A DNA stretch of 64,000 bases from a phage. The DNA is taken from the NCBI GenBank assembly GCA_036253495.1, contig GCA_036253495.1_4125.1. The stretch is one strand, 5' to 3'. Within the stretch, counting starts at the first letter, position 1; every line of letters begins with the position of its first letter. This document shows positions 50,142-59,239 of this stretch, piece by piece. A program made the position numbers and the translations under genes. The notes below the pieces were generated by a model, which made no database searches, had not been told where the DNA came from, and saw only the letters and a program-made list of their open reading frames with translations.

Positions 50142-52313
50142 TTATGGAAGTGTAATGTATGTAATTGGGGATTCGGCTAACAATGGAGTCCCATCAGGGA
50201 AAGCAGTTTTTATTTCATCTGCTATATCAATGCAAAATACCGAGTTGACCACGTATGTAGCTCGTGTTATATGAGTGTGGAGATCAGTTCCATTTTCACC
50301 AGCACCAGGAATTACAATTCTTGTACCTGCTGCTTTAGCATATTGGTTTGTACCCCATGCAGTGTTATGTGTTCTAATAGTTTTAGCACCAACTACTGCT
50401 GCTTTAAGCTGTTCATATTTTCCTACGAATGCACCAGCTACTGTTACTACATATTTACCCCCAGATTGTTTGTGTAAAATTGTTCCTTTGGGGAAATATC
50501 TACCACCTGGGAATTCATCATAAGGTAGATAATATTGCTCCGTGACTGGTATCAGTACTGGGCCACGGTGACCAGTTCCATCTATTTCAGTTGTTACCGT
50601 GAAGTTATTACCAGATTGATCTATTCTATCAACATACATTCGTGAGAATGAATAATTTGATATATTAGCGTCATCTTGAACTATATTACCAATCCAACTG
50701 GTATATGTATAATTAGTTCTGGTATAAACGCCACCACCTTCACCATCTTGATATTGACCAATTACATCTAAATTTTTTGTATAAATTTTACTGAATTTTG
50801 ATGATGATGGTAATCCACGCCAATATAATTTTTCACAAGTTATATTGTGCATATCAGTTTCGTTAGTCCATGCGTTTGCACCGGATGTGTATATTTCTAT
50901 ACTAGATTCAGGAATGAAAACGTTTTGAACTTTAAAATCTTTTGGTGGACCTGCATACCATGCATATTGGTGTGTTGCATCAGCAGGGTTAACACCCCAT
51001 GTAAATTTAATCATTCTGTTTGTTGGTGCAGTTGCTGGATCATCCAAATAGCGACCAGTTAATCCGTCAACAACAAAATCTTGACATCCATAAGTGATGA
51101 TACCTGCGGCAGTTAAGCCAGTTCCAGTTGATATTGTGGTTGATGGATATGTCTCATTATCTATTATATTAAAATTCTTACCGACTTCAACGTGTATACA
51201 TTGACGACAGTTATATACTCTATTTCGAGCAATAGTGAAGTTTTTAACATATTGACTATCTGGGATATCAACTCCATATGGACCTTTACCAGCAACACCG
51301 ATACCGATACCCCAGTTTGATAGTGGGATTGGAGCGTTAGTACCATCAACGTTTTCAATATGGTTTCCTTCAATGATTAGACCATCAGTGAAGTGTCTTG
51401 AAACTACGTTTAATTCAATACCATCACCATAGATATCGTGAATATGGTTATATGCATAGCGAGCATATTTTACTATTTCACCACTACCACCTTGCTGTAG
51501 AACACCAAAGTTAACATCGTACATTTCATTGAAACAAAAGTCGAGAATACCCTCTGAAGTTAAATCACGCATAAAGAATGCACAGGTGAATGTTGTACCA
51601 TAAAAGCGGTTGAAATAGAACTTACCATTACCACCAGAAAACTGAATATAACTACGAGCAATGTTTGCCCCTTGTATTTTACAGTTGGTTGCTGATATCA
51701 TTGTTTTACCAGTGCCAGTTAATGTGCCACCATACCATTCAATATTTTCAAAATATATTGCTTTGGATAAACGATAAACACCTTTACCTTGTATTTGGAT
51801 ATCATGAGCTTTAGCGTAATCAGCACAAGCTTGAACTGCGTCAGTATCATCAGCAATACCATCACCGATAGCACCAAATTCTTCAGGTGTTATATAATAC
51901 AAAGCTTGTTGTAGTGTTCCACCAGAAACCAAACCAATATAATCAGAACCATTAGTACTGGATAATACTTTAGTATTAACATACATTGATTTTATCCATG
52001 CACCATTCTTCTTAGCGAAAATATCTAGGATACCACCACTTTCTTGGTCTAATTGCAAATAAGTATAATTATTCTTACCAAGACTATTATCTGGGATTTC
52101 ATTCCCAAATAATACGGTTGGGTGGTCAGCGAGATACTTTGCAGTAATCGCTGAATTATCATTAATCGGTTCACCAACTTGTACGGGCAATAAGATGCTT
52201 CCGAAACTATCTGTAATAGACAGGGAATTGTTAGCATAATTAATTAATGCCCCATTTTTACCAAGTATAAACTTGGTTTTCATTGTCCCTTCAAAGTTAG
52301 AAAAAACTGCCAT
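50142..52313 (-). CDS. tailspike with pectate-lyase-like beta-helix (putative polysaccharide depolymerase)
   Basis: ITPEEFGAIGDGIADDTDAVQ resembles the Pectate_lyase_3-type motif; shares the N-terminal anchor MAVFSNFEGTMKTKFILGKNGA. Confidence 0.6.
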   Translation of the reverse strand: MAVFSNFEGTMKTKFILGKNGALINYANNSLSITDSFGSILLPVQVGEPINDNSAITAKYLADHPTVLFGNEIPDNSLGKNNYTYLQLDQESGGILDIFAKKNGAWIKSMYVNTKVLSSTNGSDYIGLVSGGTLQQALYYITPEEFGAIGDGIADDTDAVQACADYAKAHDIQIQGKGVYRLSKAIYFENIEWYGGTLTGTGKTMISATNCKIQGANIARSYIQFSGGNGKFYFNRFYGTTFTCAFFMRDLTSEGILDFCFNEMYDVNFGVLQQGGSGEIVKYARYAYNHIHDIYGDGIELNVVSRHFTDGLIIEGNHIENVDGTNAPIPLSNWGIGIGVAGKGPYGVDIPDSQYVKNFTIARNRVYNCRQCIHVEVGKNFNIIDNETYPSTTISTGTGLTAAGIITYGCQDFVVDGLTGRYLDDPATAPTNRMIKFTWGVNPADATHQYAWYAGPPKDFKVQNVFIPESSIEIYTSGANAWTNETDMHNITCEKLYWRGLPSSSKFSKIYTKNLDVIGQYQDGEGGGVYTRTNYTYTSWIGNIVQDDANISNYSFSRMYVDRIDQSGNNFTVTTEIDGTGHRGPVLIPVTEQYYLPYDEFPGGRYFPKGTILHKQSGGKYVVTVAGAFVGKYEQLKAAVVGAKTIRTHNTAWGTNQYAKAAGTRIVIPGAGENGTDLHTHITRATYVVNSVFCIDIADEIKTAFPDGTPLLAESPITYITLP

Positions 52314-52326
52314 TAATCAATCCCCC

Positions 52327-53454
52327 TTAGATGTTGTTTTCAATTGGTTGGATTGGTGCTTGCCATGCTAGAGTACAAATTACTTTCATTTGACCATAAT
52401 TACTGTTATTAACTGATTCATTAAAAACACAAGCAATGATTTCATCTTCTGCTGACGGTTCATGGTTTGTTTCATTAACGATAAAGCGTAGTGCACGGTT
52501 GATATCAAAATAATCAACTGGTGCAATAATAGTACCACCGATATCTTCTTGTGCTTCCCCACCTACACGAATGTGCATTTCAGTTACAGGGTCAATATAA
52601 GCTTGGGTGATATCAACTTCAATATTAGTTACTACATAACCTGCTGGGCATGTACCGATTACCAATACTGCGTTGGTCCATGAATGATCAATCGTGTTTA
52701 CAACGATAATTGAATCTTTACCATTCTGACCCTGATCACCTTGCTTACCTTCTGGACCAGGTTCACCATCTTTACCACGGAACTCAATACCTTCACTCCA
52801 TTCTTTTGTTGGAGGGGTGGTTTGCTTATTAATATCTACGTAATATAGTTTTCCATCAGTCGTGTTATAGAAGCAATAATCTTCTGGTAAGTTATCAATA
52901 CTTGGGAAAGCAGGACCATCACTGTCAATATGGAAACGACCACGTGGACCTTGTTCACCACGGAAATCAATACCATTACTCCATGAACCAGCTTTTTGAT
53001 TATAAAAATACACTTTACCATCGGAAGTATTATAGAAAGTATATTGGTCAAATAGACCAGTGGTTGGGAAAACAGGACCAGAAGAATCAATTTTAAATGA
53101 TTTACCTGGTGCACCAGTATCACCTTTACCAAATTCTACTGTGTTCCAAGTACTTGGTGCTACACCAGCATCATTTGTTTTAAAATATAGTTTTGCAGTT
53201 CCATTTGCTAGACTTAAATAACACCAACCTTCTGGTTTATCAACTGCAAATGTACCGTCTGGTATTTCCATACCAACATCATCAGGATAGAAATTTTTAC
53301 CATTAGTACCGTCATGTCCAACGACTAGACCCAAATCTTGTATTGTATTATCAGCGAATGTTACAATCAAATGACCAGCAGAGTTAATTACTAAACTCTT
53401 AATACCAGAATTGTTACATGAACCGCCAGACCCATTGTTGAATGAAATTGTCAT
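52327..53454 (-). CDS. tail fibre protein with collagen-like Gly-X-Y repeats
   Basis: GKGDTGAPGK, GEQGPRGR and GKDGEPGPEGKQGDQGQNGKD triplet runs separated by repeated modules. Confidence 0.55.
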   Translation of the reverse strand: MTISFNNGSGGSCNNSGIKSLVINSAGHLIVTFADNTIQDLGLVVGHDGTNGKNFYPDDVGMEIPDGTFAVDKPEGWCYLSLANGTAKLYFKTNDAGVAPSTWNTVEFGKGDTGAPGKSFKIDSSGPVFPTTGLFDQYTFYNTSDGKVYFYNQKAGSWSNGIDFRGEQGPRGRFHIDSDGPAFPSIDNLPEDYCFYNTTDGKLYYVDINKQTTPPTKEWSEGIEFRGKDGEPGPEGKQGDQGQNGKDSIIVVNTIDHSWTNAVLVIGTCPAGYVVTNIEVDITQAYIDPVTEMHIRVGGEAQEDIGGTIIAPVDYFDINRALRFIVNETNHEPSAEDEIIACVFNESVNNSNYGQMKVICTLAWQAPIQPIENNI

Positions 53455-53563
53455 AATTATTCCCTTTATGAATTGTTATCATATAGGAATATTTATCTGT
53501 TCAATGCAGCAACGAAGACCAATAATAAATAAATGAAAGTTCACTACACAAAAGGGCTTAACA

Positions 53564-54061
53564 ATGGCTTTAAGATCAAAGAATTTTCTTTTCAAACGCA
53601 AAGGAAAAGATGGAGCTATTCAGGATTTTCCAGATTCTGATAGTTGGTATCCATCAAATGACGATTATCACTGGAACGAAGTGACATTACCAATGGCAAG
53701 CGGTGGCTACTATGGTAGTACAACTGGTCTACATACAATTTCCTTCACATTACGTGAATTTATTGGAAGAATTTATGTGTTAGCAACATTAGCTAGTAAC
53801 CCAACTGATGATGATTGGTTCCCGATTAAATTTACCGAATCATGTAATTATTATCTGGAATTTACTGATACCAGAATTTACAACCCAAATAATGGCGATA
53901 GTATGCTTGAGCATGGTACAACTGGCACATTTGCAGAAACACTAACTGGTAATTTTACATATTTGAAAGTTGGTATCGACCGTAATTACATTAGTCAGAA
54001 TCCAACTGATATTCAAAAGAGTATGGCTGGAAAAATTGAAGAAATTTTAATAAACTTTTAA
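53564..54061 (+). CDS. hypothetical protein (likely structural)
   Basis: ORF in the structural region. Confidence 0.5.
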   Translation: MALRSKNFLFKRKGKDGAIQDFPDSDSWYPSNDDYHWNEVTLPMASGGYYGSTTGLHTISFTLREFIGRIYVLATLASNPTDDDWFPIKFTESCNYYLEFTDTRIYNPNNGDSMLEHGTTGTFAETLTGNFTYLKVGIDRNYISQNPTDIQKSMAGKIEEILINF

Positions 54062-54064
54062 GGA

Positions 54065-54679
54065 TTGGAAATGAAATTAGAAACAGAACAACCAAAACTG
54101 TTCGTTAAGGGTCATGTACTAATTACTGACGTTACTGATCCTGCGAATGAAAAAATTGTGCTCGATAAATCGAACGCAATTCACCCAGAAAACATGAGTA
54201 CTGCAATCGCTAACGCACTAGCATATAACCAAGATAGTTCTGGTATCCCAGTTGGTTCAATATCAGAAATGCGTTTTGGTAACGGTGGTACTGTAGTATT
54301 GAGTACTGGACGTGTAACATACAAAAAACCACGTGTAACTTCATTTGGTGGTCTATATTCACAAACATATTTGAAGAAAATAAACCCACGAATCTCAAGT
54401 AGCATTGATTCACAATATAATAACATCACAACTGTTCATATTCCAGGTCAAGCATACACAGATATCGTTTGTATTTGTACTTTGGGACTAGGTGAACCAG
54501 TAGACCAGAATACAAGTTCAAGTACTAACATGGACGGTACTTACGTGTTTGACGAATTGGGTTTATATACTGATGGTGATAATGGTATGCCGTTATCTCA
54601 TATTATTTTCCACCCAGTAGAGAAAAGTGCGAACCGTGTTTTACAAATAAAATATACTGTTCGTGTACAACTACAGTAA
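54065..54679 (+). CDS. hypothetical protein (likely structural)
   Basis: ORF packed against its neighbours. Confidence 0.5.
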   Translation: MEMKLETEQPKLFVKGHVLITDVTDPANEKIVLDKSNAIHPENMSTAIANALAYNQDSSGIPVGSISEMRFGNGGTVVLSTGRVTYKKPRVTSFGGLYSQTYLKKINPRISSSIDSQYNNITTVHIPGQAYTDIVCICTLGLGEPVDQNTSSSTNMDGTYVFDELGLYTDGDNGMPLSHIIFHPVEKSANRVLQIKYTVRVQLQ

Positions 54680-54689
54680 GGAGTGGTAA

Positions 54690-55787
54690 ATGAATAATTA
54701 TACTATATATCGCAGTGATGGAAGCGTTTATGCTTCCATTCCAAACAACGTTATCCTTGGTCCTAACCAACCAGGTACTAACCCAGTTCCTATTAACTTA
54801 GTTGGACGTAATAAGGTTGGTTATGGTCAAGCATGGAACGAAAACTTTCTACACTTAGTTGAGCATTTTAGTGGTCCATCTGCACCACGTGGTAGTGTTA
54901 AAGGACAAATTTGGTATAAAAACACTGGTAACATTGGTGAACTACTTATTTCTCTAGTAGATAACGCTCGTCAACCAATAGATACTGCTTCTGAAGCAGA
55001 TTGGGCATCAATCCCAATGATCACAATTTTCAACACCATCCCAGATGGCGAAAGTAGTGTTATGGGTCGTATGGTTTTGACAAATAACGGTGATTCACTC
55101 CGTGTTTTGATGAAAAACAAAGAATGGCGTGAAATTCAAACATCTCGTCCTGAAAACAAAGAATATTCATCACTATTGGATATAAACTATGATTTAGGTA
55201 AAAAATATATTGAATTTACCCAAACTGAAAGTACTAAGACACTTGCATATTTCAACTTAGGTGGTGGTTCTAAGGTAGATCCAGACAACTGGACATCATT
55301 TAGTAATGGTAATGGTGTTTTCCAATTCGGAAGTAACTATTTCTATGATTTGAAGATTATGATTCGTGAAGTACAGGATAGTACTGGTGAAGTTGTTTCT
55401 TTACCATTCAACTCCAAGACATTTATCATTAAAGGTCAATTCTATATTGACAATGAAGGTGCTTTTGTGCCAGGTTCTATACCATGTAGTGAGATTCCAG
55501 ACCCACGTCGAATTACAAGTCTGGAAGTTATTAAAGATGTTATTACCAGTTCACAACCAACTTGGGATGTTAATATGGTAGTTAATGGTGTGGACCCAAC
55601 AATTCCAAATCCAGGTGGAATGACGAAGACTGATTATGAAGCATGGGTTATCAACTCACTCAATACTAATAAACATTTAGGTTTCCGTGTTGATGGTTCA
55701 ATTTCCGGTTTAGGAACTGGTCAAAGTGTTAAGCTTCAGGCTTCAGTACTGCTTAATATAACTGGTATTCCTATTATTGGTGTGTAA
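54690..55787 (+). CDS. hypothetical protein (likely structural)
   Basis: ORF followed by a terminator. Confidence 0.5.
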   Translation: MNNYTIYRSDGSVYASIPNNVILGPNQPGTNPVPINLVGRNKVGYGQAWNENFLHLVEHFSGPSAPRGSVKGQIWYKNTGNIGELLISLVDNARQPIDTASEADWASIPMITIFNTIPDGESSVMGRMVLTNNGDSLRVLMKNKEWREIQTSRPENKEYSSLLDINYDLGKKYIEFTQTESTKTLAYFNLGGGSKVDPDNWTSFSNGNGVFQFGSNYFYDLKIMIREVQDSTGEVVSLPFNSKTFIIKGQFYIDNEGAFVPGSIPCSEIPDPRRITSLEVIKDVITSSQPTWDVNMVVNGVDPTIPNPGGMTKTDYEAWVINSLNTNKHLGFRVDGSISGLGTGQSVKLQASVLLNITGIPIIGV

Positions 55788-55799
55788 TACAAAAGAAAA

Positions 55800-55821
55800 A
55801 GGAGCCATTGGCTCCTTTTTT
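55800..55821. terminator. bidirectional rho-independent terminator
   Basis: ggagcc-att-ggctcc hairpin followed by TTTTTTT; near-identical core to the terminator at 61534. Confidence 0.6.
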
Positions 55822-56285
55822 TAATATCTATATGGTAGACTATTGACAAATTGTGTACCAGCGTTTATACTTTCCCATAAAGAATAAAAATCTTTCATCA
55901 AATTAACATTTAATAATGTATTTTTAGCTCCAGGGTGAAGAGGTTTAGGCCATGAGCCAATTTTAACCCAAGCATATCCAGAGCTTTCCTTATTGAGAAT
56001 AGGAACAAACTCATTTTCAACAACAACAACGAAAGAATAATATTTGAACTTACCATTCTTAGTACAAAATACATCAAAGGGTATAATATCAATTATATCA
56101 GGTAACGAATCTCCCAATTCTTCTCGTATTTCACGATGCAAAGCTTGCAAAGGGGATTCGTTGTATTCGAGTTTTCCACCAACAAAAGCCCAGTTGTTTG
56201 AATAGGTACTGCTTTCAGATCTAAGATTGAGCATCATATGACCAGTACTTTTAGATAAAAATATTGCTCCTACTGCCTCATTCAT
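55821..56285 (-). CDS. Nudix hydrolase
   Basis: Nudix box GGKLEYNESPLQALHREIREELGD. Confidence 0.65.
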   Translation of the reverse strand: MNEAVGAIFLSKSTGHMMLNLRSESSTYSNNWAFVGGKLEYNESPLQALHREIREELGDSLPDIIDIIPFDVFCTKNGKFKYYSFVVVVENEFVPILNKESSGYAWVKIGSWPKPLHPGAKNTLLNVNLMKDFYSLWESINAGTQFVNSLPYRY

Positions 56286-56294
56286 ACATCCTCC

Positions 56295-57638
56295 TTATTT
56301 GTCAGTGAATGATATCTTCCAATATCCCTGACGGTATTGCGACATAATACTCTTATGCCATTTGAATTTTTCATTGTATCTATAATAGTGACTATCTTGA
56401 CGATTGTAAACATAATTAAGTACTGAAGACGGTTCAATTAGTTCAGCACCTTCATTCGTTATTTTGAACAAATAATTTGGTGGAATAACTGTGTCTTTGT
56501 AAATTAAATCTCTTGCACTATTATTTACATAATATTGTTCAGGTATAGCTGAATACAATTCTGCATCTTTGGATATCAACGCTATGATAGAGTAATCGAC
56601 AACATAATTACTACTATCCAATTGAACAACAATCTTGTTTGCCTTATCTTCGTGTCCCATTGATATTATAGTTCCACGCAAAGGATTACTTTCTTCGATT
56701 GCTTGTTGGAATTTAATACCGAGTTTCTTATCTTTGTATTCAGGCTCTAAGTACTGAATATATTTCTCCCAAGAATATATACCACCGTTGGATGTTCTCT
56801 CACTCATACTTTGACTTACCAATGTAAGGACATAAGTATCTGCGTTTTTATCCGATGCTTCTGTTATTTCTTCAACTTTGATGCATAAATTTTTAGGAGT
56901 GAATACATCAGTAATTATATCCTGATAGTTTCCTATTTCAAAATCCAATTCATCACGACCACTTTCTATATTAGTTGTTATCTGTTGTATAAGCTTTGGC
57001 TTTTCAACGATAGCAGGTAATGATAACCATATAGTTGTTTCAAATGTAAGAACCATAATATCAAGTTCAGTATCAGTTCCTTGTGGAAATCCACGAGTAC
57101 TGAATTGACAGTCAATTAATTCCACATCACTTTGTGCCGTCCAGTCTAATGGGTTATCAGATAGTTGCAATTGAACACTTGGAGCAAACAATGTACTGAT
57201 TTGCTCATATAATTCCATTTTTGTTTGCAGTTGTGTAACCCATATGTTTAAATCAAATGTAAATGTCCAAGGTACAGGGTTATGTCTTGTTATTTTATAC
57301 TGCTTATCCAACTCAGGAGTGAATTCATTTGGTGCAGGGGACTTATTTGTCCCCATAATAATAGTTTCGTTCGCATTTGAACGAATACTTTTACGATCCA
57401 ATTTCAATTGATTCACACTAATAGTCATGATCGGTGCAGTAGGCATTACGTTCTCACTGTTACCATTGATAACAGCAGCAGCCAAACGTGAAATATCTGC
57501 ATATCTACATGGAACTTGCTTGTATCTTGGTTTACCTTCGTCATCAACTCCATTTTGTACTTGAAACCCACCAAAAATCCTGATAAGATGTTTCAGTACT
57601 CGACGAAATTGACCATCATAGTAGTATTCTACTTTCAT
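56295..57638 (-). CDS. hypothetical protein (likely virion structural)
   Basis: 447-aa ORF in an operon-like arrangement with the next gene. Confidence 0.5.
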   Translation of the reverse strand: MKVEYYYDGQFRRVLKHLIRIFGGFQVQNGVDDEGKPRYKQVPCRYADISRLAAAVINGNSENVMPTAPIMTISVNQLKLDRKSIRSNANETIIMGTNKSPAPNEFTPELDKQYKITRHNPVPWTFTFDLNIWVTQLQTKMELYEQISTLFAPSVQLQLSDNPLDWTAQSDVELIDCQFSTRGFPQGTDTELDIMVLTFETTIWLSLPAIVEKPKLIQQITTNIESGRDELDFEIGNYQDIITDVFTPKNLCIKVEEITEASDKNADTYVLTLVSQSMSERTSNGGIYSWEKYIQYLEPEYKDKKLGIKFQQAIEESNPLRGTIISMGHEDKANKIVVQLDSSNYVVDYSIIALISKDAELYSAIPEQYYVNNSARDLIYKDTVIPPNYLFKITNEGAELIEPSSVLNYVYNRQDSHYYRYNEKFKWHKSIMSQYRQGYWKISFTDK

Positions 57639-59143
57639 TCTTTATCCCCTTTTGCACGGTATAGAGTGTTTGGTTTTGCCGCGTCGTGTAATGGGACACG
57701 ATTAGGACTGTTAACGAACTCGGTTAGGGCTAAATCTGCACCTTCCCACGGTTTACGTCCACCATAATCAAAGATTACCCAAGACTTTTTAACTTCACTG
57801 TATTCCCAAAGAGTTACAGGGTTGTAATCCGTGCGATAGAAGTATTCACCATCAGTTGGATCAGATGGGAACGTGTCCCCTTCTTGCACAGTACCGCGAG
57901 CAGGTGGAATTTTAGGTCTTGAATCTTGTTGCGAGTCTATGTTACCATATACACTGTTAGAACTGAAAGGTAAGTTAACATGTGTATCTGGTGGAACTTG
58001 CCATGTACCATCTAAGTACTGGTACATTGTTGGTTTTTCATATTGAATGTAAAAATCCTCAGCATTTTTCGGTGGAACGTCACCAGTTGAGTATTCAACG
58101 TCACAATTAAGCCACTTTTTGAGAGATTTGTCATATTGATACAGGGAATATCCAGTAACATCTGAATCATTCTCTTTATAGAAGAAATCACCGTCAGATG
58201 GTTTACGTGGAAACGTTGTTCCATACGGAACTGAAACATTTTCCCAAGAATTGTTGACTTTCTCTTTCAGTACTGGTAAAGTTTTCTTCAAGAAGTACAT
58301 TTTGTTAGCTGGTTCTTCTGGGAAGTCATATCCATTAAGAACAAACTTTGACAAATCGGTTGTATCTGGTCTATCATCGTATATATGTTCATTTGTGAAG
58401 TGGATGTAAGGGACTTCATCATCAGCTTGCATTATAATACGGTTCATGATATCCATTTCGTTATCATAACTGCTGTTTGGTGAAGAACCATTGGAACCAC
58501 TGTTACCATTACCATTATTTGGGTCATCTGGGTTGTCTGGATAATCATTATTAGTAAGTAAGTCCGCGTACTCAGGTGAATCGGTAATAGGTTTGACACG
58601 AATTTTGTAAATGTGATGTTGCCATGTTGCAGAGTAACCTTCAGATGTTCTAAAACCGTCCTGAACTACGTAAAAACGGTTTAAACCTGAATCTTTACCA
58701 ACAACATCGAAATCACGAAGGTTTGGAAGTTCAATTACATCACCAGGCATAATTTTTCTTCCCAATCGCTGCATCATTGTGTTATAATGAACTGTAATGT
58801 CCATTGTGTTGAAGTTAAAGAACAACCCAGGAATTTTTAAATCAGGTGTTGCTTCTTGTACTTGATAAACACAACTAAGTGTGATAGCCTCTAGATTGTA
58901 ACTACGATTTGAGGTTTCACCAAAAATTAGGTCACCAATACTTGACGCAGCGGAACCATCAGTGATATAATCACCACCGTAAGAATAGTCGTTAGGAGTT
59001 GTTGATGGTTTAGCACCGACAAAGGCATAAAGCCACATGTCTACGCCACCAATATTGTATTGTTCAGCAATGGCAGAATCTATGAATTTATAATCATTGG
59101 TTCTACCTTTTTTCCACATTCTGTATGCCATTTTGTTCTCCAA
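57635..59143 (-). CDS. hypothetical protein (likely virion structural)
   Basis: 502-aa ORF; 4-nt overlap with the downstream gene. Confidence 0.5.
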   Translation of the reverse strand: MENKMAYRMWKKGRTNDYKFIDSAIAEQYNIGGVDMWLYAFVGAKPSTTPNDYSYGGDYITDGSAASSIGDLIFGETSNRSYNLEAITLSCVYQVQEATPDLKIPGLFFNFNTMDITVHYNTMMQRLGRKIMPGDVIELPNLRDFDVVGKDSGLNRFYVVQDGFRTSEGYSATWQHHIYKIRVKPITDSPEYADLLTNNDYPDNPDDPNNGNGNSGSNGSSPNSSYDNEMDIMNRIIMQADDEVPYIHFTNEHIYDDRPDTTDLSKFVLNGYDFPEEPANKMYFLKKTLPVLKEKVNNSWENVSVPYGTTFPRKPSDGDFFYKENDSDVTGYSLYQYDKSLKKWLNCDVEYSTGDVPPKNAEDFYIQYEKPTMYQYLDGTWQVPPDTHVNLPFSSNSVYGNIDSQQDSRPKIPPARGTVQEGDTFPSDPTDGEYFYRTDYNPVTLWEYSEVKKSWVIFDYGGRKPWEGADLALTEFVNSPNRVPLHDAAKPNTLYRAKGDKE

Positions 59144-59173
59144 AATAAATCGGTATATCTGTATTTACTAGGT

Positions 59174-59200
59174 AGACAAACTGAAAGAATGTGATATAAT
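59174..59200 (+). promoter_or_regulatory. sigma70-like promoter with extended -10 (TAGACA-15/16-TGaTATAAT)
   Basis: gtgatataat ending at 59200, upstream of the ClpA-like gene. Confidence 0.45.
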
Positions 59201-59239
59201 GATTTTAATGACAGTGAGAAGAATCACATAGGAGAGAAC

